From the sequence record NC_047995.1: a DNA stretch of 64,000 nt. One strand, 5' to 3'. Made by a program: the position numbers and the translations under genes. Positions 48,172-57,080 of the stretch are shown in pieces. Below the pieces are notes generated by a model, which was not told the origin of the DNA, ran no database searches, and saw nothing but the letters and a program-made list of their open reading frames with translations. The stretch's first letter is position 1; each line of letters opens with the position of its first letter.

Positions 48172-50495
48172 ATCACCTTACGAGACAGACTGGACGTTCC
48201 ACCTTGTTTGGTCACTGTCCATTGATTGTTAGAGAAGTGCTCAACGTCATTCGGAGTTATCCAGTAGATGTTCGGGATAATCTGTTTGAGTATCGGCAGG
48301 AAGTTTTCAACGATGTGCTCGCTCACTGCTGGGCTGCAACTGTTATCAGGCTCGTCGAGGATGATGAAGTTCGTGCGGCGGTTAGCAGGGATGAACGGCA
48401 TGATCGCAACAGCAAACAACAGTCGGAAGCAGTTAGTCTCTGCACCACTCATGATACCAATGTCCGTAGTCTTCTTAGAAGTCATACGAGTCACGGTAGC
48501 ACCAACACCCTGTTTGGTGGTGAACAGTTCGAAACGCATCGGCTCAGGGAAGACAAGGCTGGAGTATTCGTTCAGCTTGTTTTCGATCTGCTTCAATCGG
48601 CTTTCGACCGCTTTCAATTTGAGAGCGTTGTTCGAGTATGCCTTATACAGGACTTCGAACACCTTGCGCTTATCGATCAGAGGCTGGAGCTTGGATAACT
48701 TACCACGGAGTTCACGCAGTGTTTCCTCGTAGTGTTCATGCTCCTGAATACGCATCTGGATGCCTTGCGCTTTGCGTTCCTTCTTGTCGATATCATTACG
48801 CAGTGCTTCGGATTTCGTTTCGATATCCTTGTAACGACCATCAAGCAGGTAGAACGGATCTTCTGGCTCACCGATAGCTTTCATCGCAGCAGTCAGGTCT
48901 TTCAGAATCTCAAGGTCCTTGATGCGGTTCTTGATCGTCTTGCGAGCTTTCTTAGGCTGCTTAACCGCTTTAGGTTTTTTGAGCGCTGCCTTACGTGCTT
49001 GCAGCTTCTCCAGCTTCTTCGCCTGTTCGAATTGTTCTTCGATGGCGTCGAGTTGCTTACCTAGTTTCTTGAGTTGTTTCTCAAGGGCAGCACGGTCATG
49101 CTTCGGCTTCTTCACCTTGTCGTCTTGCAACGCAGTGAGTTCGGCATTCAGCTTGTGGTAGTCGATAGCCTCAATACATTCGTCAATGATCGCTTGTGCT
49201 TTGGTTGCAGCGCGAGCCATTGCTTTGAGGTTGACACCCTGGCCACAGGTAGGGCAAGAGTTACCATCGTGATCGTGTTCTTCAAACGCACGATAAGCCT
49301 GAACTATTGCTTTGGACTCTGCTCGGGCATCTTGTGCCTCTTCCTGAGTTCGTTTAGGACTTTTGAGCTTAGACAGTCGCTTGGTGAGCTTCGCACAGGC
49401 TTCTCGCCAGTCGTCGTACTCTTCCTGTTGTTCATCTACTTTCTCCAGTAGTTCCTGGGCCGCTTCTTCCTCTTTAACCAGCTTGCCGTGTTGCTTACGC
49501 AGCTTTTTGTTATCGAGGTCCGCAACGTCACCGAGTGCTTTGATTCGTTTCTTAACGTCGGAGAGTTCCTGTTCGTACTCTTCCAGCGCTTCAACATAAT
49601 CATCGTACTTGTCATGATCAATCAATTGACCACGCAGGTCGTTCAGTTCGCCTTTGAGATCAGTTGTCTCAATGCCGAGAGTGTCCAGCTGGTGTTTCAG
49701 CTTCTCATACTTACGCGCATTACTACGCGCCGTACTAAGCTCCAGCAGTTCTTCGTTCAGGCGATTACGCCGCGCTTTCATCTTGTCCAGATGTTCGATG
49801 ATTGCTTTCAGCGTGTTCTTTTCTTCGGCGTGAATGGACAGCGCGTTCTGCTTACGCTGCGTCACGTCTAACATGTCAGCCAGACCTTTCGATTCTGTCT
49901 CGGCGTCTTTGGCCAAGTCCAGTTTCTTCTTCAACGCCATGCGAATGTTATCGAAGATATCGAGGTTGAACAGGCGAGTCAGATAGACCAAACGCTCTGC
50001 TGGTGTAGCGCGTTGGAACGGATGCGATATCTGCGACTGAATGTAGCAGTAGCTATAGAACTCTTCCTTAGAAAGAGGCCAGTGCTTCTGCACCCAACCG
50101 CGCGCTACGTCCTGACGACCAACCTTCTGGTCTTCTTTGTTGTAGTACACCTGATACTTCGTGGCTGTCTGCACGATACGCACAACGCCACCAAGAGGCG
50201 AGTTCCATGACAGATCAATCGAACTACCTTTGCCGAGCATGTTCCCCTTGTCTTTCTTCTTCATTGCAAGAGGGTCAGCTTCATACAGCAAGGTAGGTAT
50301 CGCAGCGAACAGCATACTCTTACCTACGCCGTTCGTGTTATCCTTAACGTTAGGGCTATCGAGGTTCTTTCCGCAGATTGTTGCGAAGCCCTCTTTGTCC
50401 AGGCCCGTGATATCGAGTTCCTTGTACACGCCAACGTCGCGCAAGTGAATCTCTTTCAGGCCGATGCCGTGCTGCTGTACTTTCTTTTTGGCCAT
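48168..50495 (-). CDS. sbcC: SbcC/Rad50/gp46-like SMC ATPase
   Basis: Walker A NGVGKS, Q-loop YIQSQ, coiled coils with a CPTCG zinc hook, signature MSGAE, Walker B IILDEPD. Confidence 0.92.
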   Translation of the reverse strand: MAKKKVQQHGIGLKEIHLRDVGVYKELDITGLDKEGFATICGKNLDSPNVKDNTNGVGKSMLFAAIPTLLYEADPLAMKKKDKGNMLGKGSSIDLSWNSPLGGVVRIVQTATKYQVYYNKEDQKVGRQDVARGWVQKHWPLSKEEFYSYCYIQSQISHPFQRATPAERLVYLTRLFNLDIFDNIRMALKKKLDLAKDAETESKGLADMLDVTQRKQNALSIHAEEKNTLKAIIEHLDKMKARRNRLNEELLELSTARSNARKYEKLKHQLDTLGIETTDLKGELNDLRGQLIDHDKYDDYVEALEEYEQELSDVKKRIKALGDVADLDNKKLRKQHGKLVKEEEAAQELLEKVDEQQEEYDDWREACAKLTKRLSKLKSPKRTQEEAQDARAESKAIVQAYRAFEEHDHDGNSCPTCGQGVNLKAMARAATKAQAIIDECIEAIDYHKLNAELTALQDDKVKKPKHDRAALEKQLKKLGKQLDAIEEQFEQAKKLEKLQARKAALKKPKAVKQPKKARKTIKNRIKDLEILKDLTAAMKAIGEPEDPFYLLDGRYKDIETKSEALRNDIDKKERKAQGIQMRIQEHEHYEETLRELRGKLSKLQPLIDKRKVFEVLYKAYSNNALKLKAVESRLKQIENKLNEYSSLVFPEPMRFELFTTKQGVGATVTRMTSKKTTDIGIMSGAETNCFRLLFAVAIMPFIPANRRTNFIILDEPDNSCSPAVSEHIVENFLPILKQIIPNIYWITPNDVEHFSNNQWTVTKQGGTSSLSRKVI

Positions 50496-50695
50496 TAGAA
50501 ATACTCGACAGTTTCTTCCTGCACAAGATTGGTACCGTGAGTCTGCGCAAACACATCGATCTCGTCTTGAGTGTAAGGCGTGGATGACTCGGCGATAACA
50601 TCATACGAAATGGATTCGTCACGGGTGTTAGATTCAACAGGCTTGACGATACGCCACAGTGGAAGTGCAATTGGGTCACGATTAATCTTAGGCAT
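50495..50695 (-). CDS. Hypothetical protein (66 aa)
   Basis: TAATG coupling on both sides. Confidence 0.65.
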   Translation of the reverse strand: MPKINRDPIALPLWRIVKPVESNTRDESISYDVIAESSTPYTQDEIDVFAQTHGTNLVQEETVEYF

Positions 50696-50904
50696 TAGTG
50701 GAACACCGCCGTTGGTTCTACCCAGAGTTCAGGGTTGTTGTATTTAGCGCGAAGCTCGTTCATCTGATCATCAGTCAGAGGGCTGTCGGAGATGTGGATG
50801 CACTGAGGAACTTTTTCCTCTTGGCCTGTAACAGGATGAATGTCACGGTCATTGCGCATGACTGCCCAGCGTTTGGTTACGGTTATATGAATGGTGCGTT
50901 CCAT
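50695..50904 (-). CDS. Hypothetical protein (69 aa)
   Basis: Coupled to the next gene; upstream GTAAATA motif. Confidence 0.65.
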   Translation of the reverse strand: MERTIHITVTKRWAVMRNDRDIHPVTGQEEKVPQCIHISDSPLTDDQMNELRAKYNNPELWVEPTAVFH

Positions 50905-50967
50905 AGTGATGGCCTATGTATAGTGTATGGATGATACTCGCTATTTACAGTTTTAACGGCTATAGAC

Positions 50968-50996
50968 AAAAAGAAGGGCCACCGTTAGGCAGCCCC
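50968..50996 (-). terminator. Rho-independent terminator, TAAC loop
   Basis: Minus strand GGGGCTGCC-TAAC-GGTGGCCCT then TCTTTTT. Confidence 0.75.
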
Positions 50997-51269
50997 TGCG
51001 AATACTTTACGCACCCCATTATCCAGATAGTGGTCTGCATAGAAAGGTCCGTTTTCATTTTCAATACCAATACGACGACAGAGCTGTCTACGCAAGCGCT
51101 TGGGCCACACCATCTCGTCATCCAGCAGATGGATAACAGCAGGCATAGCTTCAAGCTGAGTCATTGTCAGATCGCGAATCTTATCGTCAATCCTACACAA
51201 CTCTGCATAGTCCTGTTCAGGCGTAGGCACGTTGCGTTCAGGTTTCGAAAGGTCAACAGTGAGTTCCAT
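50985..51269 (-). CDS. Hypothetical protein (94 aa)
   Basis: TGATG coupling; GGAG RBS. Confidence 0.65.
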   Translation of the reverse strand: MELTVDLSKPERNVPTPEQDYAELCRIDDKIRDLTMTQLEAMPAVIHLLDDEMVWPKRLRRQLCRRIGIENENGPFYADHYLDNGVRKVFAGAA

Positions 51270-51715
51270 CAGTATCTCCGAGGCTTCTTGATCTTCTTAA
51301 TCGTGGACTTAGGACGCTTGATTGCTCGCAGTGCCTTACGCGCTTCGATAATCTTTTTGGACAAGTCAGAGCGTTGTGCCTTGACTGCATCCGTGTCCTG
51401 CTCAGTGCCTTTGAGTTTCTCAAGGCGATTCCACTCTCTAACCAAACGATCAACGACGTTAGCCCTAGACACACGCTGCTGGTTGGTGCGCACAATGTCC
51501 TGCTGCGTCTTCACCGAGATGCGCGTTGCATCGACTTCGGCGCGGGCGGACTTCACGCCTTTCGTATCACCGTCGGACTGCTTCTCGTTCAGCTTTTTAC
51601 GTGCTAACTGCGAACGGCGTTGAGCACCTTTGAGATCATCTTTCGAGTTCTCCAAAGATACTTTGGTGTCTTCAAGTGGGCTGGTTCGCACACTCAAACT
51701 AATGAGTATTTTCAT
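51269..51715 (-). CDS. Basic coiled-coil protein with an ISLS leader (148 aa)
   Basis: Start moved to MKILISLS (51715, GAGG RBS). Confidence 0.7.
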   Translation of the reverse strand: MKILISLSVRTSPLEDTKVSLENSKDDLKGAQRRSQLARKKLNEKQSDGDTKGVKSARAEVDATRISVKTQQDIVRTNQQRVSRANVVDRLVREWNRLEKLKGTEQDTDAVKAQRSDLSKKIIEARKALRAIKRPKSTIKKIKKPRRY

Positions 51716-51730
51716 ACTGACCTCAAATAG

Positions 51731-51755
51731 AAAAGGGCGACCCGAAGGCCACCCT
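51731..51755 (-). terminator. Rho-independent terminator, UUCG loop
   Basis: Minus strand AGGGTGGCC-TTCG-GGTCGCCCTTTT. Confidence 0.85.
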
Positions 51756-51846
51756 GTATAGAATGGCGCGCTATGCACCCGACTGGTTAGGTCTACTACG
51801 ATTATTTAACCTCGCAGTAGTGAGCGAGGAGATGGGGATCACCTCC

Positions 51847-52383
51847 TCATGCGGATTGAAGTTGAAGTAATTCTTCGTCTTCGATATCCGCGCCAGACCA
51901 CGAACGAATCACGGATGCGTTACCACGATTGCCCGTCAGCATTGACTTAACTGCTGGACGTGCTTCGCGTTCTGCATAGTGGTCGATAAGAGCTTTGTCA
52001 TTAGCGAACCACAGAATGGAGTGACCACCTTTAGGGCAGATCAGGAATTGCGCAGGACGCTGGGGAACGTTCAGCGTCATATAAAAGTCACCAGCGCCGT
52101 TGGGACTCATCATCGGCATTGGCTTCATGAACTGCAAGAAGTCGTTTGAATCTTTAAGACGCACATCTCCCAGCAACCAGACGGCACCCTCTTCACCTTC
52201 ACGCACCGCACTCAGTGGGCCTTTACGTGTTGTGATTGAACCAAAAACATCTTGGTCGAAGCGGGCAAGACCGAAGATAAGCGATGCGAGTTTCTTCAGG
52301 TCAGGCGTGGTACATGGACTGTCGATTTTAGCCATGCCCTCGGACCCTACTGTAATCTTCGATAATGATACAAAGATTTCCAT
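51847..52383 (-). CDS. Hypothetical protein with an MEIFVSLS leader
   Basis: Upstream CTAATTT motif; 178-aa ORF. Confidence 0.7.
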   Translation of the reverse strand: MEIFVSLSKITVGSEGMAKIDSPCTTPDLKKLASLIFGLARFDQDVFGSITTRKGPLSAVREGEEGAVWLLGDVRLKDSNDFLQFMKPMPMMSPNGAGDFYMTLNVPQRPAQFLICPKGGHSILWFANDKALIDHYAEREARPAVKSMLTGNRGNASVIRSWSGADIEDEELLQLQSA

Positions 52384-52450
52384 ATTGTCTTCCAGAGCTG
52401 TATGATTAATTGTGTTATGAAATTAGTGTACGGTCAGACAATTCTGAAAC

Positions 52451-52482
52451 AAAAATGGGCAGCACAAAGGCCACCCATTTTT
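52451..52482 (-). terminator. Rho-independent terminator
   Basis: Minus strand AAAATGGGTGGC-CTTTGT-GCTGCCCATTTTT. Confidence 0.8.
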
Positions 52483-52489
52483 CGCTTAT

Positions 52490-53770
52490 TTACTTCTTCT
52501 TCTTTTTCTTTTTAGCAGGCTTGTCGTCTTCGTCGTCTTCGCCCATCTTAACCGCGAGCTTACCTTCATAGATATCAGCCATGAGAGTAAGCACCTTGGA
52601 CTCCAGCATAATGTCTGCTGGTACGGACGTTGAGTTGAAAGCCACTTCGGCATCAGCCAGTGCAGATTGCAGATAGACCATGCTGACCAGATTGACTTTG
52701 ATGTTGTCTTTCTTGGTCATGTTCATGAACATCTTGAGGCCAGCCGACTGCCACTTATTCGTTTCGGCATAATGCCCTAACACGCCGTGAATAATCCAAC
52801 GAGCTTTCGCAACGATTGCACGTGGGTTGTTCGCTTCACGCAGGAACTGAATTACGGCAATCAGGTCCATCGACAGATACGCACCAATCATCTGGACAGC
52901 TTTCGCTTCCATGTCGATTTCTGGATCTGCTGCTGCGAGTTCGGCAACGAGGTTCTTATCGAACTCCTCACCACCTTTGACCGACGCATAGATGTTCTGC
53001 AACATCGTGATTGCGCCGCGCATCTGACCACCAGCATACTCAGCTACCTGATGAAGTGCAGACGTAGCCTTATCAAGCGCTTTGTCTTTCTTCGGCAGGA
53101 TGGAGAGTTGCTCGCTGATCTCGACCAAACGTTTATGAATCACGTCAGTCGGAATAGGTCTGATAGGCAGTTGCGTCATGCGGCTGATCATCGTGTTCTT
53201 CATCTTCTCAGGGTTCGTGGTTACGAAGATAAATACAACGTGAGCTGGTGGTTGCTCAGTGATTTTCAACAGCTTGGATTCTGCTGCGCTGGACATTAAG
53301 TGGGATTCATCGAAGATGAACACACGGCGTTTGAACATCGGACTCAGCGGTGCGCTGTCCACAATCTTCTGGCTGCCGTCCACTTTACCAGCATCGCCAC
53401 CCATGTCGAACTCTTGCTCGTCAGGGTGTGCACCACGGTCGTGCATCTCACATGAACGACACTTGCCACAGGCACTGAACGTTTCGCAGTTGATGTACTT
53501 AGCCACCAGACGTGCGAACGTTGTCTTACCAGAACCGAGATGACCAGTGATGATCATCGTAGACGGAACTGTCTTCGACTTCTGCCAGCCCTTCATGATC
53601 TTAACGATGTGGTCTTGTCCCACATAGTCTTCGATACGTTTCGGTCTAAACTGATCAGCAAAGTTAATCGTGGTCAGTTCAACAGACTCGGAAGAATCGC
53701 CTTTCTTTTTCTTCGGCTTGTCACCGTCGAAACTACGCGCCTTCTTCTTTTTCTTTTCTTCTTTAGCCAT
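52490..53770 (-). CDS. dnaX: Clamp loader AAA+ subunit, DNA Pol III gamma/tau (DnaX)-like
   Basis: FRPKRIEDYVGQDH, GHLGSGKTTFARLVAKYINC, CGKCRSC zinc module, DESHLMS, LLKITEQPP, TMISR; Lys-rich termini. Confidence 0.92.
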   Translation of the reverse strand: MAKEEKKKKKARSFDGDKPKKKKGDSSESVELTTINFADQFRPKRIEDYVGQDHIVKIMKGWQKSKTVPSTMIITGHLGSGKTTFARLVAKYINCETFSACGKCRSCEMHDRGAHPDEQEFDMGGDAGKVDGSQKIVDSAPLSPMFKRRVFIFDESHLMSSAAESKLLKITEQPPAHVVFIFVTTNPEKMKNTMISRMTQLPIRPIPTDVIHKRLVEISEQLSILPKKDKALDKATSALHQVAEYAGGQMRGAITMLQNIYASVKGGEEFDKNLVAELAAADPEIDMEAKAVQMIGAYLSMDLIAVIQFLREANNPRAIVAKARWIIHGVLGHYAETNKWQSAGLKMFMNMTKKDNIKVNLVSMVYLQSALADAEVAFNSTSVPADIMLESKVLTLMADIYEGKLAVKMGEDDEDDKPAKKKKKKK

Positions 53771-53806
53771 TTCAATTCGCCCTTAGTTCTAATGCGTTAC
53801 TCAGTC

Positions 53807-53815
53807 TATTTACAG
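53807..53815 (-). promoter_or_regulatory. Class A motif CTGTAAATA upstream of the clamp loader
   Basis: 37 nt upstream of the ATG, downstream of a terminator. Confidence 0.6.
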
Positions 53816-53834
53816 TTTTTGCACCGATTTAGAC

Positions 53835-53870
53835 AAAAAGAAAGGACCACATCCAAAACGGAGGGTCCTT
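53835..53870 (-). terminator. Probable terminator
   Basis: Minus strand AAGGACC...GGTCCTT then TCTTTTT. Confidence 0.65.
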
Positions 53871-53923
53871 ACGTGTAAGAGTAAAGTTTGGAATGATAAC
53901 GCATCGGCAGTGGGCGCTGGCGA

Positions 53924-54121
53924 TTAGGCAAAGCTGAACTCCCAACGTGGTACCACGCGGAAGAACTGCTTAAAGTGAGATGGTGGATCATTCTTGATTG
54001 ACTCAAGTTTCTGTTCCACTTCATCATAATCTTTTATGCCACTCTGAACTGTGTGAGTGGTGAACGTACCGTCAGCTTCAATCAAGTCAGCGACAACACG
54101 GTAGCTTGGTTTAACTCGCAT
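53924..54121 (-). CDS. Hypothetical protein (65 aa)
   Basis: AGGAG RBS; upstream GTAAA motif. Confidence 0.7.
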   Translation of the reverse strand: MRVKPSYRVVADLIEADGTFTTHTVQSGIKDYDEVEQKLESIKNDPPSHFKQFFRVVPRWEFSFA

Positions 54122-54169
54122 CTATTCTCCTGCAATTAAATTCTCGTTGCTCTGAATTAGTTTTACAGA

Positions 54170-54590
54170 TTACTGGAGTAGTCACAAAAGAATAAAGTCA
54201 GACAAATCTTAAACTCCAATAGGGACTCGTTGGAATTCCTATTGGAGTTCACCCTCTCACCGATGACGGTCGGCAGAAGGTGTTCTCCCCGTGCTTTTCG
54301 AATGCGCCAGCACGGTAGCGCTCGCGGTCTTACGCTCTTTTGTTTGCAGCGCGGTGGCAGCAGGTAGCAGGGTACGCGCAGCAAAGAGCAGCCGCTATCG
54401 GCCATTAGCGATAACGCGGTGTTACGCTTAACGGCCTAGGGTGACTCTGGCCGAGTCTGTACAAAAAAGAGTTCGGCCTATCCCCAATTCGGCAAAAGAA
54501 ACAGGCCGAACTAAACAGTCAACGCAAACTCCGTATGCGCTGTTTTGTACTGTAACAAATTAGAAACATCTCGCAATATTCAGACAATTC
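54170..54590. other. Structured non-coding region (ncRNA or origin candidate)
   Basis: No credible CDS; 12-bp perfect inverted repeat at 54212-54223/54238-54249; 10-bp inverted repeat AGTTCGGCCT/AGGCCGAACT; further nested helices. Confidence 0.45.
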
Positions 54591-55178
54591 TTAGTTCAAC
54601 ATCGGCACTAAGTTTTGCAGGAAATGTTGGCGATCAAATGAACTAATTCGGTGCGGATGGTTGATGTGCATGTTCCATCCTTTGTTGAACAGCAACACGT
54701 TCTTCGGCAGAGTGACGTTAACGCCAACGCGAGTGAACGAATCACGCACGGCAGTAACTGGATTGTCGTCTACCAGAATCCAAGTACCTTCACCGTAAGT
54801 CGCATTCAGGAATGCAACCTTGTCGGGATGCTCACGGCTGTCGAGGCAGTGAATGTGATCGAACAACGACAGGTGCTTGGACAGTGCCTTGCGTGTGAAG
54901 CGTTCTCCCTTCGCATGGTAACCACGATGCGTACAAATGCCTACGCTGAATCCGTCACGCACCAACATCGCTACTGTCTGGATGAAGTAGTCACGCATGT
55001 TAGCCTGATACATGAAGCGGCCATCAGCCAGCATTTCCGTGAAAGGCTCACCGCCGTTCTCTGGTGTGATGTACGTGTCAACGCCTGGATAGATTCCCCA
55101 GTTCATCAGGAAACACAACATGAAGTTGTGCGTGTCGAACGCCGTGTCGTCCATGTCAAAGAAAATGTATTTGATCAT
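54591..55178 (-). CDS. HAD-superfamily 5'(3')-deoxyribonucleotidase-like phosphatase
   Basis: IFFDMDDT (DxDxT), ICTHR, DK, LVDDNP, FNKGWN. Confidence 0.8.
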   Translation of the reverse strand: MIKYIFFDMDDTAFDTHNFMLCFLMNWGIYPGVDTYITPENGGEPFTEMLADGRFMYQANMRDYFIQTVAMLVRDGFSVGICTHRGYHAKGERFTRKALSKHLSLFDHIHCLDSREHPDKVAFLNATYGEGTWILVDDNPVTAVRDSFTRVGVNVTLPKNVLLFNKGWNMHINHPHRISSFDRQHFLQNLVPMLN

Positions 55179-55522
55179 TAATGCCTCGTGCTCTTAACTA
55201 CCAGAGGAATATCGTTAATGAATGCCAGCGTCAGCGACTCGCGGTTGAAGCGCAGTCTCATTTCATCGGCATTCGTAACAAGGATAATAGTGGACAGAGG
55301 GTCAACCTTGAAGATTGGAACCTCAATAAGAACGGTGGCGTCTTCACAATCATCTTCATCGACAATGAAGTAACCTCCGTACATTAAAACAGTATCACCA
55401 GAATCGACGAGATGACCAACGATTGCGTCCTCTCCGTCCACGATCATGTGCAGAGGTTGATCGATATAGTAGCCACTATCATCGTCTGCTCCGAACTCAA
55501 AGTGGAAATCATCCTCGCTCAT
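55178..55522 (-). CDS. Acidic hypothetical protein (114 aa)
   Basis: TAATG coupling. Confidence 0.65.
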   Translation of the reverse strand: MSEDDFHFEFGADDDSGYYIDQPLHMIVDGEDAIVGHLVDSGDTVLMYGGYFIVDEDDCEDATVLIEVPIFKVDPLSTIILVTNADEMRLRFNRESLTLAFINDIPLVVKSTRH

Positions 55523-55524
55523 GG

Positions 55525-56097
55525 CTATGCCCTCAGATCAACCAGTATCGAAGCACTCAGGTCTCGGAGCATATCACGCCCGAGAGATGTGTACATCGTC
55601 TGCGATACAACTATTCGTTCGAGGAACAGGCGAGAGCCAATAACATCCCTGCCTGTCTTTTGATGAACGAACTCAATGATTGAAGACGGAGGCTGAATGA
55701 GGAACGTGAGTATCTCGGCATCGTGCAGCACGTTACCCATCGCAGTCACAGGACGCATTTCTGTTTCCTGATCGAGGATGTATGAGATGACTCGGTCTTC
55801 ATTGCCTATGTTTGGAAACAGCTTGAAGAACTTACGCGCTGCCGCAACGGTGTGCATGAAATCGTAATCAGGCTTCGTGGGCATACGCAGGAAAAGAGAA
55901 GCGAGCAGCAAGTTTATTTCTAACTGCGGGCCTTGTTCGATGTTTAGCATTGCATGTGAAGTCAATACGACATTCAACGAGAAGTCCCGAGTGTAGAGCG
56001 GGTGAGAGGTCGCTGTTTGATCAAAGTAGTCAAGGGCGGAACGTAACCCTTGACGCGTTAACAGGTGCTCTGCTTTGATGCGAGTAAGGCGTTGCAC
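55525..56097 (-). CDS. Hypothetical protein, possibly a degenerate HD-domain fold
   Basis: LLLASLFLR stands where LxAALFHD is expected; later VLHDAEIL; GTG start with GGAG RBS. Confidence 0.45.
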   Translation of the reverse strand: MQRLTRIKAEHLLTRQGLRSALDYFDQTATSHPLYTRDFSLNVVLTSHAMLNIEQGPQLEINLLLASLFLRMPTKPDYDFMHTVAAARKFFKLFPNIGNEDRVISYILDQETEMRPVTAMGNVLHDAEILTFLIQPPSSIIEFVHQKTGRDVIGSRLFLERIVVSQTMYTSLGRDMLRDLSASILVDLRA

Positions 56098-57072
56098 TTA
56101 CTCCGCACCACGAATCTCTTTCAGGCTATTCTTGATCGCTTTGCGCAGCGTCTTGCCTACGTCGATGCCGTCAATGTGACGAGCAAACACGTTAGCGAAT
56201 AGCGTGGTAGGATTCTTCATGATTGCCTTGTCCAGGTCAGGACGACCTTCAGCAACTTGAATCTCACCTGGCCACAATTCAGCAACTGCCTGACTGTCGT
56301 TAGCCGCAATCAGTTCCAGTTCACGGACGCTCATGCTAGACTGACGGGCAATTGTGCGGAAGATAAGATCGACGAACGGAAGCAGTTCTTCGCTGACCAC
56401 GTTCTTCACGTCCTTCGCATCGCCAGCACGTTGGAAATCTTCCATCAGATCGTTAAGCGTCTTCTGGTCGATCTTGTGGACGTTGCGCAGTTTGTTGAAC
56501 AGCATCATCCAACGGACTTTGCGTTTGGAACTCAGCAGGTGCGTCCACACAGATTCACCGAGAGCAATCATAAGACGGTTATACACGTCAACGCTCACGC
56601 TGTCACGATCAACGAACACGGTCATTTCATCCGACCATTCATCTTTCTTGAACTTGCTGCGGAACGCATGAGTCTTCGACCCTGACTGCTGGACAAAGTT
56701 GATTTGTTTGCAGCGACGAATAGCTTCCTGCAGGCCGTACTTCTCAATGACCTTCGGAAGTTTCTTAACGCCGATACGACACGCTTTTGCTACTTCGGAC
56801 TCACGCCCGAAAAGAGACAGACGAGGCAGTCCACCGTAGACAGGCATTGACGCATACGGTCTTACCGTTACGCCGCACACTGACATACCAGGTTCTGGAT
56901 CAGGACCGAGTACGCAGAGCACGTCACCTGCTTTAGGACTGAACTTGATTGTCTCAGGGTCTGGCGTACCCATCGTGTTAGCCAACAGACCAACAGTGTT
57001 ACCGGTAGCCAGTACCAAATGGTTTTTGTTACCCTGCCTTACGACAAGGTAATCGTTTTCACTGTGTTTCAT
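56098..57072 (-). CDS. Hypothetical protein (324 aa)
   Basis: Long ORF with AAGG RBS; see findings for a possible inactive zincin fold. Confidence 0.7.
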   Translation of the reverse strand: MKHSENDYLVVRQGNKNHLVLATGNTVGLLANTMGTPDPETIKFSPKAGDVLCVLGPDPEPGMSVCGVTVRPYASMPVYGGLPRLSLFGRESEVAKACRIGVKKLPKVIEKYGLQEAIRRCKQINFVQQSGSKTHAFRSKFKKDEWSDEMTVFVDRDSVSVDVYNRLMIALGESVWTHLLSSKRKVRWMMLFNKLRNVHKIDQKTLNDLMEDFQRAGDAKDVKNVVSEELLPFVDLIFRTIARQSSMSVRELELIAANDSQAVAELWPGEIQVAEGRPDLDKAIMKNPTTLFANVFARHIDGIDVGKTLRKAIKNSLKEIRGAE

Positions 57073-57080
57073 AACGACCT

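Noticed and set aside
54163-54405. 80-aa ORF in the structured non-coding region
   Set aside because: No RBS, atypical Cys/Arg/Leu composition, and it overlaps the inverted repeats; probably spurious
54170-54590. tRNA or tmRNA gene
   Set aside because: No cloverleaf, T-loop (GTTCRA) with an acceptor stem, or tag reading frame could be built by eye; kept only as an unidentified structured region
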